The notes beneath the pieces were generated by a model. It did not search any database, had not been told where the DNA came from, and saw only the letters and a program-made list of their open reading frames with translations. 64,000 nucleotides of DNA from Candidatus Obscuribacter sp. (GTDB lineage: Bacteria > Cyanobacteriota > Vampirovibrionia > Obscuribacterales > Obscuribacteraceae): contig JADJQZ010000001.1 of NCBI GenBank assembly GCA_016712465.1, positions 5,477,300 through 5,541,299 on the forward strand. The letters are read 5' to 3'. Positions 40,501-48,924 of the stretch are shown here, in pieces. The position numbers and the translations under genes were made by a program. Numbering within the stretch: position 1 is the stretch's first letter; every line of letters starts with the position of its first letter.

Positions 40501-41115
40501 CTGCGGGGTAAGATCGAGGAAGTCGGCGATCGAAGGGCGCAGAAGCCTCTCGGAAAATTTCACTTTGGCGCTTTTCCCGCCTCCGGAAACAGCAGCCGAC
40601 TTCGCTGCATTTCCGGCTCTCGAAGCAGACTTTTTCTCGGTCTCTGCTGCGTGAGCGGCGCCGCCGTCTTCAGCATCGAGCTTATCGATCAGTTTCTGAA
40701 CGCCTCCTCTGACCCGCTCTTTCAGACCCTTAATCTGTTGATGCGACGAAATATCGGAAGCTTTTTCAAACACCGACTGTCGTCCGTCAAGAGAAAGAGA
40801 GGAAATGACTTTGCCGTAACGCAACTCTCGCTCTTTTCCCACAGCGGCTAGTCTTGCGCTGGCTTTGGAAGAGATCTTGTTTCTAACCCCGGCAGGCATC
40901 TTCTTAAGGGAGGCACCCAGGATTTGTTCAAAAGAGGCAAGCCCGGTCAACGACTCATCATCGTCCGCTCTATTTCCTCCTGCCACACCCGAGTCAGCCC
41001 CGGCCAGTCCCTGGTCCAGGGAATAGCGAACCATTTCGGTGGCACGCTCCAGAAGTTCGTCAAGTGACTTTTCAAGATCCCGGTCGGTCTGGCGCAAACG
41101 CTCGAACAATTTCAT
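37576..41115 (-). CDS. Fusion protein: helical N-terminus plus glycine-zipper membrane segment plus phospholipase C/AcpA-type phosphoesterase domain
   Basis: Phosphoesterase-family motifs [36 protein letters not shown] and [25 protein letters not shown]. Residues ~327-407 are Gly/Ala/Leu-rich ([52 protein letters not shown]). Confidence 0.8.
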   Translation of the reverse strand: [1179 protein letters not shown]

Positions 41116-41294
41116 CGACTCACCTCAAACTTGACTTCAACAATTAAATTCGGCAGCAATAGACGCGGCGCCGAACGAAGTCCAGGGCGCCGTTGCCATG
41201 AGAATAGCGAACGGGATTCCGAGGGCCCAGATTATAACGGATTGGTGAAAACTTTTGGTGGACAATAATATGCACAACCTGGCCACTGAGATTC

Positions 41295-41996
41295 TCATTC
41301 AGGAACAGTCGCAGCGCAGTTCAAAACCTCGCGCACATCCCGGCGAAGCACTTCTACTCCGCCCCGATTGGCCACGCGCAGCTCGTAGTGCCCATCCTTT
41401 TCTAAGGTCAACGTGGGCATGCAGCCATAGGGAAACTCAATATCATGCACTACCTTGTAACAATATGGACCTCTTGCCTCAGTCAACAACAAACGATATC
41501 GAAAACCAGAGAAAGCTCCTACACTCCATTCAATCAGTCGCAGCCGCTTATTGTCTATGCTTCCTTCAAATATAACTTCGCCGCAGTCGGAAAAGGTTCG
41601 CAATTCCTTGTCGGTGAAGCCTCCATTAGAAACGGTGTAGCAACAGCGTTCTATTGCACCATTTATCCACTCACAACCGAGGATAAGTACTGAGCTTAAC
41701 AAGCAAAGTGGCGCAGCCACACATATGCCAACCCACTTCAAATAGCTTGCCGGCCCTGAAACGAAAACCCAAAACACTAACCAAGGCAAAGATAACAAAC
41801 AATAAAACAGGAGACAATTTAGATACCCGGCGTTAAAGCGAATCGTAGACAACACTAGAAACAAAGCACAGCCAAAACAGAAGACATAGACCAGGCGGAG
41901 AATCATAATGTGATAATTCGCCTGCCGACTGGAGTGTTCAAGTAATTCGCCGGAATGCCGCAGAATCTCTCTGGTTCGAGGCTCGTAGCCGATCAT
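41295..41996 (-). CDS. Membrane protein (3-4 TM) with a soluble C-terminal domain, upstream of the PLC fusion on the same strand
   Basis: 233-aa ORF with hydrophobic helices in the first 120 aa. No family recognised. Confidence 0.5.
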   Translation of the reverse strand: MIGYEPRTREILRHSGELLEHSSRQANYHIMILRLVYVFCFGCALFLVLSTIRFNAGYLNCLLFYCLLSLPWLVFWVFVSGPASYLKWVGICVAAPLCLLSSVLILGCEWINGAIERCCYTVSNGGFTDKELRTFSDCGEVIFEGSIDNKRLRLIEWSVGAFSGFRYRLLLTEARGPYCYKVVHDIEFPYGCMPTLTLEKDGHYELRVANRGGVEVLRRDVREVLNCAATVPE

Positions 41997-42468
41997 TGCA
42001 AAACTCCTCCTGCCATCAATATCGTCATGGTCGCACGGGAATGGTTAGGCACAGTGCACCTTGTGTAAGATCTGCGGAAGGCTGGAGATCAATTATGTTT
42101 GGCTCGAGGCGGAATCGAATAAACGCTTTCCGCGAACCCTAAATTCGCAGCAATTAGATTTGCTGTATCCCACCACCGTAAGCGCGGAAGTTTTCCAAGC
42201 ACTCCAAATTCATTGTGGAAAATCCCTTGCCAATGATTCGTTTCTAAGGTATGCTTCATGAATATCCAGATAGTCGACCATGCAACCAATCAAATTGGCT
42301 GGCAGCTATGGTCAGGGTTATGCTCGCAGCAATATCTACATAGATAATCGGGCAAAACCATCAACAATCCGCGCAAGCGGCTGAGTTGTCGCGGCAACTT
42401 TGCAGAGTGTCCCCTATCAGGCAACCCGGCATCAATCTATAATCCGCCACCACTATGGGAGGTCCACC

Positions 42469-44067
42469 ATGTTTCGATGGAACCCACACGTGACGACCAG
42501 AGAATCATTCACGAAAGATTTTCTCGCTTCGCTTGTTGTCTTTCTAATGGCCTTGCCGCTCTGCATGGGTATTGCATTAGCGTCGGGGGTGCCCGTCGAA
42601 AAAGGAATTCTCACCGGCATTATCGGTGGCTGTCTTATTGGCTTCATCACCGGCAGTCCCCTGCAAGTCAGTGGACCCGCCGCCGGTCTCACCGTTCTCG
42701 CCTGCGAAATTGTAGCCACTCACGGTCTTGCAGGTCTGGCAATAATTATTGTATGCGCGGGCTTATTGCAGCTCTTCATGGGCCTGGCACGCGTCGCTCA
42801 GATCTTTCGAGCGGTATCACCGGCTGTTATAAATGGAATGATGTCCGGCATCGGCATCACGCTTATGCTAAGCCAACTCCACATTATTGGCGCTCTGCAT
42901 CCCAAAGCACACGCGCTGAGCAACATCAGGCATCTGCCTGACTTGTTCGCCAACATTTTAAACCCCAAAACTGCAGCAATGCAGTCGGTCTCCATAGGGA
43001 TTCTCACTATTGTTGTCCTGATCTTGTGGACGAAATTAGTGAAAGGAAGATTGGCTGCAATTCCCGGTGCACTGGTAGCCGTTGTAGCGGCCACGGCCAT
43101 AACAAGCATTTTGCACTTGCCGCTTGCGACCATTCCCCTGCCTGAAAATATCTTCGCCGGAATTCAATTCTTAGATTTGGCAGCCGTCTCAAAAATGGAT
43201 CCCTGGTCCCTGGCACGATTTTCCGTAGCACTGGCCATCATAGCCAGCGCAGAAACTCTCCTGAGCGCGGCAGCAGTCGACAAGTTGCACTTCGGTCCGC
43301 GCACTCAATACGACAAAGAGCTTATTGCCCAGGGCATCGGCAACACCATCTGCGGTCTATTAGGCGCCTTGCCGATGACGGGCGTTATCGCGCGCAGCAG
43401 TGTTAACGTCATGAGCGGCGCCACCACAAATCGCTCCGCTATCATGCAAGGGCTCTGGCTTTTGCTGGCGGTGGCGGCCATGCCCGGCGTTCTCAGGCTG
43501 GTGCCTGTGGCAACCCTGGCTGCACTGCTTTTGTTCACGGGCTTCAAGCTGATCGACATCAAAGCCATCCGCAAACTCTGGAATTTCGGGCCGCGCCTGG
43601 TAGGCGTCTATGCCCTCACCACAATCGCCATTGTCAGCACCGACTTACTGGTCGGGGTAGCTGTCGGTATAGCGCTATCCGTTATAAAGCTCGTCTACAC
43701 TATGACAAGATTGCACGTCACCATCGATCGCCAGGAAGGCAAATCCTTCCTGCAGTTGCGCGGAGCAGCAACCTTTTTGAGCTTGCCGGTTCTGGCCGAT
43801 GCTCTTAATTCGGTTCCTGCCAACACTGAATTGCATGTTTGCATGGAAGACCTTGATTACGTCGACCACGCCTGCCTGGAATTACTTATGGACTGGGAAA
43901 AACAGCACGAGTCCACCGGCGGCACCCTGGTATTAGACTGGGGCGAACTGCGGGCAATGTTCAAAAGCAAGCGTCGAGCCAGACATATTCACCCGGCATC
44001 CACATCGGTGTTGCACTGCCACTCCAATAGCAATGCAAGAAGCCCAATGAAGACCACGGCGGTTTAG
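42469..44067 (+). CDS. SulP-family anion transporter with a C-terminal STAS domain
   Basis: FLASLVVFLMALPLCMGIALASGV and GIGNTICGLLGALPMTGVIARSSVN blocks typical of SulP. The ATG at 42469 has GGGAGG upstream. Confidence 0.85.
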   Translation: MFRWNPHVTTRESFTKDFLASLVVFLMALPLCMGIALASGVPVEKGILTGIIGGCLIGFITGSPLQVSGPAAGLTVLACEIVATHGLAGLAIIIVCAGLLQLFMGLARVAQIFRAVSPAVINGMMSGIGITLMLSQLHIIGALHPKAHALSNIRHLPDLFANILNPKTAAMQSVSIGILTIVVLILWTKLVKGRLAAIPGALVAVVAATAITSILHLPLATIPLPENIFAGIQFLDLAAVSKMDPWSLARFSVALAIIASAETLLSAAAVDKLHFGPRTQYDKELIAQGIGNTICGLLGALPMTGVIARSSVNVMSGATTNRSAIMQGLWLLLAVAAMPGVLRLVPVATLAALLLFTGFKLIDIKAIRKLWNFGPRLVGVYALTTIAIVSTDLLVGVAVGIALSVIKLVYTMTRLHVTIDRQEGKSFLQLRGAATFLSLPVLADALNSVPANTELHVCMEDLDYVDHACLELLMDWEKQHESTGGTLVLDWGELRAMFKSKRRARHIHPASTSVLHCHSNSNARSPMKTTAV

Positions 44068-44107
44068 CTTGCTAAAATGGCTGCTCCGTTAAAAATGGAG
44101 AGCGTGG

Positions 44108-44317
44108 ATGTATCACTATCAAACCTTTAAGGGTGCCGACGCCATAGAATTTTGCGAAACCAAACTGGAATTGCCCGAAAACTTCGACACAAGCGTCGTC
44201 AACCGCGTAGAAATCTACAGCGCCAGCCTTCCCGAAGATGGCGAAGATTTCTGCGAAGCTCGCGTCATCGATGCAGAAGACGTAGTGCTATGCGTGCGAC
44301 GCATGTATTCGTTCTAA
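44108..44317 (+). CDS. Small acidic hypothetical protein (69 aa)
   Basis: ORF only; no homology recognised. Confidence 0.3.
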   Translation: MYHYQTFKGADAIEFCETKLELPENFDTSVVNRVEIYSASLPEDGEDFCEARVIDAEDVVLCVRRMYSF

Positions 44318-44512
44318 ATTCCGAATAAATTCCCAGTACCACGGCACCGACACCGCAGCCAACCAGCCAGGGAGCCGGATCAGGCATTAGTGGTCTTCCC
44401 TTTCTTCCCGACTACTGTTTCAAACCAGAAAATGCAGCAGGGCGAAACCGGGAATATTACGGCCAGTCATAGTCTACAATCTTATTACCGCCGCAAGGAG
44501 ACTGAAATCAGT

Positions 44513-45538
44513 ATGAACTGCTTCACCAGACTCTACAAAAGAGTGGTTGTCCTGACCGGAGCAGGAGTATCAACGGCCTCGGGCTTGCCAACCTACAGAG
44601 GTCAGGGTGGGCTCTGGTCCGACCCTGAAACGGCTCGCTTTACCTCTCCCAGGGCTTTTGTAAAAGACCCTGACGGTGCCTGGAAATTCTGGAGCACCCT
44701 GCGCGAGCATTGCCTTAAAGCCGAACCAAATCCGGGTCACCTGGCCCTTTCCGACTGGGGTCGCAAACTAAACTCCTGGGAAGACAGGTCATTTACCCTC
44801 ATCACTCAAAATGTCGATGGCTTACATGAGCGAGCCGGCAGCCATGACGCAATCACAATGCATGGGTCGATACTGCACAGCAGGTGCACAAACGATACTT
44901 GCGATCTTGCAGTCTTTGAAGACAGAGAACTGTTTTTCAAGGGGGCGCCGCGCTGCCCGGAATGCAAGAGCGTGCTGAGACCCGATGTGGTGCTCTTCGA
45001 TGAAGCCATACCGGCAAAAGCAGAGTGGTTGGTACGGCAAGCCCTGAGAAACTGCGACCTGTTTATTGCAGTTGGTACATCAGGAACGGTGAGCCCGGCC
45101 GCCGGCTTTGTCAACAGTGCCAAGTATGTCGGCGCCACAACCTTGCTTGTAAATCTGGAGCCCATGGAATCGGTAAACAAAGCTTTCGACCTGGAGCTTC
45201 TGGGAAAAGCGGAGTCACTGCTACCGCGCCTGGAAGTGGAGTTCTTCTACAAACAGGTGATGTTTTCAGGCGACCTGCCACCTGCGAGCCGCGACCGAGA
45301 AGAGTACGCACACCAGCGCTTCAATATGGCTCTCAGTCCGGAAGAGCAGGCAGCCCGGGAAGCCCATACGGAACTATTGGGAGGTCTCGATAGCGTCAGG
45401 TATGCCGACCCCCAGTTTGATGCCTGGGTGCACCGCTATTACGCAGTGGTCTGCGCCCAGCAGTACCTCAACGAATGCCGCCGCAAGTATCTGACGGAAG
45501 CAGAGCTTGAAGCGGTCTCAAGCGATGACGGCTTGTGA
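44513..45538 (+). CDS. NAD-dependent protein deacylase (Sir2/CobB family) with a ~100-aa C-terminal extension
   Basis: GAGVSTASGLPTYRGQGGLW, ITQNVDGLHERAG, catalytic His in ITMHGS, and a Cys4 zinc ribbon (CTNDTC..CPECK). Start placed at the ATG preceding the Rossmann motif. Confidence 0.8.
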   Translation: MNCFTRLYKRVVVLTGAGVSTASGLPTYRGQGGLWSDPETARFTSPRAFVKDPDGAWKFWSTLREHCLKAEPNPGHLALSDWGRKLNSWEDRSFTLITQNVDGLHERAGSHDAITMHGSILHSRCTNDTCDLAVFEDRELFFKGAPRCPECKSVLRPDVVLFDEAIPAKAEWLVRQALRNCDLFIAVGTSGTVSPAAGFVNSAKYVGATTLLVNLEPMESVNKAFDLELLGKAESLLPRLEVEFFYKQVMFSGDLPPASRDREEYAHQRFNMALSPEEQAAREAHTELLGGLDSVRYADPQFDAWVHRYYAVVCAQQYLNECRRKYLTEAELEAVSSDDGL

Positions 45539-45578
45539 TTGACCACCCAGATATTTGCCGCACAAATGACTGAACCAT

Positions 45579-45713
45579 CAGTAACTGCGACATAAATAAC
45601 TGCGACATAAATTACCGCGACATCAGTAACTGCGACCTAAATAGCTGCAACTTAAATAACCGCGACAGCAGTAACTGCGACCTAAATAACTGCAACTTAA
45701 ATAACTGCCACGC
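45579..45713. repeat. Nine contiguous 15-bp tandem repeats (consensus AAATAACTGCGACMT)
   Basis: Units start at 45579, 45594, 45609, 45624, 45639, 45654, 45669, 45684 and 45699. A degenerate tenth unit lies upstream. Intergenic. Confidence 0.9.
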
Positions 45714-45849
45714 CGGCAAGGCAACACAAAGCAAAGCAAAACAGCAGCGGCAACCAACGCCGAGGCGGCAGCCTACCGGCCGCTGTAGGCCGAGCCCTTC
45801 CATTAAGGTATCCTTAGGCGATTAAATTGACAGGGCAAAAGCTCGCAGT

Positions 45850-45887
45850 CACCAACCGACCCTACCGACACCAACCGACCCCACCGA
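45850..45887. repeat. Two tandem 19-bp direct repeats CACCAACCGACCCYACCGA
   Basis: 45850-45868 and 45869-45887 differ at one position. They lie 21 nt upstream of the ATG at 45908. Confidence 0.85.
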
Positions 45888-45907
45888 CAAAAAGAGATGG
45901 CGCTCAG

Positions 45908-46087
45908 ATGAACGAAAAGCATTTTACGAAAGAGCAAATTCAGTACATTCTCAAGGAAGCGGAATCGGCAACGAACATCTACGAGATTTGCTTGAAGCAT
46001 GACATCTCCGAAAATACTTTGTACGAGTGGCTGGCCGAATACACTCCCGACAAAGTACAAAAGACCGGTTTCAATCTGCGTCAGTTT
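45908..46087 (+). other. IS3-OrfA-like helix-turn-helix segment in frame with the downstream propeller gene (likely a remnant)
   Basis: MNEKHFTKEQIQYILKEAESATNIYEICLKHDISENTLYEWLAEY resembles the HTH of IS3/IS911 OrfA proteins. It runs without a stop into the Tat-signal Met at 46088. Confidence 0.4.
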
Positions 46088-47686
46088 ATGCATGAAATCT
46101 TCAATGGCGGCATCACCCGCAGAGAGCTACTCTATGCAGGAGCCACAGGTATTGCCGGTTTTGCCGCCGGCAATATCTTCGCCATGGTCGGCAAAGTAAG
46201 AATGCCGGAAGTGCTCGGTCACAAAATAGAGGTGGAAGACGCATCCAAGTACAAGCAATCCAGTGAAGAGCTGGGCGACTACCTCTATCTTACGCCCCAG
46301 AAGCTGGGTGGCGGCACCCACGTCGTAGACTTCAAGCAGGGCATCACCCTGGCTTCCATCAGCTACTGGAATTATGGCGACTCCTGCCCCATCTCGCACC
46401 ATCTGTCAGCCTATCCATCCAGCAATCCCCGCAAAGGTTTTGAATTCGTCAATTCCACCCAGGGCGGCAAAAACGTCACCATGTACAGCATTCCCACCGA
46501 AATCGAAGAGCGCGGCTTGCTCGATACATGGGGGCAGGGTAATCACATTTACCGAGTCGAATTCGACGGCACCAAAATGGAATTGAAAGAAGACATCGCC
46601 AAAACCACCGGCATCGGGCTCGGAGTGCACATCACAATTTTTCCCGACGCCAAAGGTTTTGCCGCCGCCGATGGGCAAAAAGACATCTGCGCCTTTTTCG
46701 ATAGAGTGAGCGGCGATGGCAAAACTTCCGTGCTCAAAGCCTTTAGAGCCGACTGGATAGGCAAAGAGGCCGACGGCAACCTCAAAGACAACTGGCGCAA
46801 AGGCGGCAAACTGCGCATCGTAGAGCTGAACAAAGCGCCGGAAACCGGCAAGTACGATTATCAGGGCACCAGGGGCAATAAAATAGACTGGGAAATGGCG
46901 CCCATGGCTGAGAATCTAGTCTCGTCCGACGGTATTCCAGGGGCGGGCAAGAAAGGGCTGACGGGGCTGGATGCCGTGGTGCATCATCCGGGCAATAAGT
47001 ATTCGGCGCTCATCATTCGCATGCTCTCATGCGCCGTCATCGTCGACAGAGAGACATGGGAGCCGGTAGCCTGCCTGCACAACCCCGAGGGCTCGCCGGA
47101 CAACCTGAAAGTAACCAAATTGCATACTAATCCCAATACCTGGGAAATTGAATTCGCCGACGTAAAATGCGTCGGTCACGAAGCCGGCTTCTCTCCGGAC
47201 GGCAAATTCTTCACCATGATGAATAACATAGAACAAAACAACATGGCGGTATACGACACATCGAGCCCAGACCCGCGCAACTGGAAGCGTGTCACCTTCG
47301 TGAAAGATCCCGAATGGGTGGGCGAGTTCCCCAGCCCCTTTCACCTTTGTTTCTCTATGGACGGCAGCAAAATGTTTGTCTCGGTGATGCACGAGAAACC
47401 GGCCAAGAGCGGCTGCTGCGTGGTTGACACCAAGACCTGGAAGATAATCAAGAAATTCAAAAATATCGGCGTCGATTGCCAGACTATGGCAGTCTCCTAT
47501 GACGGCAAGTTTGTCTTCCAGATATTCAGCGGCTTCCAGAGACAAGAAAGCGGCGCCTTCGTCTTTACTCAGGATGACTCCCTGCGCCCCCTGGGCTTCC
47601 TGCCTAACTTCGGCGGGCACCACGACTGCGTCATTATTCCCACCAAGACCGAGCATATGAAGAACAGTCGCTGCACTACGCTCTAA
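46088..47686 (+). CDS. Tat-signal beta-propeller protein resembling the N-terminal CuZ domain of nitrous-oxide reductase or thiocyanate dehydrogenase; no CuA domain
   Basis: Twin-arginine signal MHEIFNGGITRRELLYAGATGIAGFAAGNIFA. His-containing blocks CPISHHLSAY, GNHIYRV, VVHHPGN, VGHEAGFSPDGKFF, SPFHLCFSMDGSKMF and GGHHDCVII resemble NosZ CuZ ligand blocks. The ORF ends right after the last block. Confidence 0.55.
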   Translation: MHEIFNGGITRRELLYAGATGIAGFAAGNIFAMVGKVRMPEVLGHKIEVEDASKYKQSSEELGDYLYLTPQKLGGGTHVVDFKQGITLASISYWNYGDSCPISHHLSAYPSSNPRKGFEFVNSTQGGKNVTMYSIPTEIEERGLLDTWGQGNHIYRVEFDGTKMELKEDIAKTTGIGLGVHITIFPDAKGFAAADGQKDICAFFDRVSGDGKTSVLKAFRADWIGKEADGNLKDNWRKGGKLRIVELNKAPETGKYDYQGTRGNKIDWEMAPMAENLVSSDGIPGAGKKGLTGLDAVVHHPGNKYSALIIRMLSCAVIVDRETWEPVACLHNPEGSPDNLKVTKLHTNPNTWEIEFADVKCVGHEAGFSPDGKFFTMMNNIEQNNMAVYDTSSPDPRNWKRVTFVKDPEWVGEFPSPFHLCFSMDGSKMFVSVMHEKPAKSGCCVVDTKTWKIIKKFKNIGVDCQTMAVSYDGKFVFQIFSGFQRQESGAFVFTQDDSLRPLGFLPNFGGHHDCVIIPTKTEHMKNSRCTTL

Positions 47687-48921
47687 TGAACACTCGCGCC
47701 GGAAGCAAAGCAAAGAGACTCTTTCTCAAATTGGCCTGCCAGAATTTGCTGCGCAAACCAACCCGCACCATGCTCTTGATCGCAGCAGTAGCCATGGTGA
47801 CAGGGTCCGTCTTTGCATCCACCATCGTCGGACGCGGCGTGCAGGCTTCCATGGAGAGAAGCTTTGCCAAAATGGGAGCGGATCTAATTGTGGTGCCGGC
47901 CCAGGCGCTGGTAAATATCACCAGCGCACTACTGACGGTGCAGCCCACGGAGGCCACTCTCGACACCACTCTGGCGGAGAAAATCAAGGCCATACCGGGT
48001 GTGGAAAAGGTAGCCACGCAAACTATCTATCAGATACCAATGATGGTGCACATGCCGGAACACAAGGCAAACCTGATAGCCTTTGCACCGGAGAGCGACT
48101 TCACCATCTTGCCCTGGCTCAAGGATAAGCCGGACAGACCACTGCGCAAAGGCGACCTGATAAGCGGTTCCAGGCGCGAGGAGACACTCGGGGAAGAACT
48201 GGAGCCCTGCGGCAGGGCCGCAAAAATATACGGCAAACTTGGCATAAGCGGCGTGGGCCCTCTCGACGATAATCTCTTTGCCAGCTATGAAACCGCTCAA
48301 TATCTGGCAGAGGGCACGGTAGAAGGCAAGCAGGCCATTGCCAACTTCGACCCGAAAAGATGTTCGGCCATACTGGTAAAGCTATCAACCGGCACCACGC
48401 CCGAGCAGGTCAGATTTGCCGTCTCGCAACTCAATGATGTGAAAGTGGTTATGGGTACCAACATAGTGACTTCCACCAGACAAACTACTTCCGCCCTGCT
48501 GCTCGGGCTACTGGGACTGGCTCTCATGCTCTTGCTTGGTGCATCAATTGTGCTGAGCTTGCTTTTCTCCGCCATTATTTCCGAACGCAAGAGAGAAATA
48601 GGGCTACTTTCCGCCATCGGTTCAAGGCGCTCGAACATAATCGGCATGTTTTTAGCGGAGGCTTGTCTGACCACAGGGCTGGGAGCCATTGGTGGTATCG
48701 TCCTCGGTGGCGCGCTGATAATGGTCTTTCAAAGATCTCTAATTTACTATCTGGAAACCTTGCAAATAGAATTTTACTGGTTTAGTGCCGCAGAAATTGC
48801 CCAAATAGCTTTACTTTGCATGGGTCTGACCATACTTTGCGGGCTACTAGGGGCCCTTGTGCCGGCCTGGAAAGTGAGCCGCGAAGAAGCTTACAGCCTC
48901 ATCCAGAGCGAGGGCGGCTAG
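47686..48921 (+). CDS. ABC transporter permease, FtsX/MacB type
   Basis: 411 aa. One N-terminal TM, a large extracytoplasmic loop, then three C-terminal TMs with a SERKREIGLLSAIGSRR-type FtsX motif. TAATG overlap with the upstream stop. Confidence 0.8.
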   Translation: MNTRAGSKAKRLFLKLACQNLLRKPTRTMLLIAAVAMVTGSVFASTIVGRGVQASMERSFAKMGADLIVVPAQALVNITSALLTVQPTEATLDTTLAEKIKAIPGVEKVATQTIYQIPMMVHMPEHKANLIAFAPESDFTILPWLKDKPDRPLRKGDLISGSRREETLGEELEPCGRAAKIYGKLGISGVGPLDDNLFASYETAQYLAEGTVEGKQAIANFDPKRCSAILVKLSTGTTPEQVRFAVSQLNDVKVVMGTNIVTSTRQTTSALLLGLLGLALMLLLGASIVLSLLFSAIISERKREIGLLSAIGSRRSNIIGMFLAEACLTTGLGAIGGIVLGGALIMVFQRSLIYYLETLQIEFYWFSAAEIAQIALLCMGLTILCGLLGALVPAWKVSREEAYSLIQSEGG

Positions 48922-48924
48922 ACC

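Noticed and set aside
44513-45538. Sir2-domain protein as a defence NADase (Thoeris, DSR or SIR2-HerA type), given a HerA-like gene in the same window
   Set aside because: It has the full canonical sirtuin deacylase motif set, including the Cys4 zinc ribbon and catalytic His. It lies 8 kb from the ATPase, separated by an unrelated operon. It fits a housekeeping CobB-type enzyme. Only the ~100-aa C-terminal extension is unusual.
45579-45713. Could the regular short repeats be a CRISPR array?
   Set aside because: The 15-bp units are directly contiguous with no spacers, are far shorter than CRISPR repeats, and there are no cas genes in the window. It is a plain tandem repeat.
45612-45803. 63-aa minus-strand ORF (LFKLQLFRSQLL repeats)
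   Set aside because: Its sequence is just the translation of the 15-bp tandem repeat, and it has no start context.
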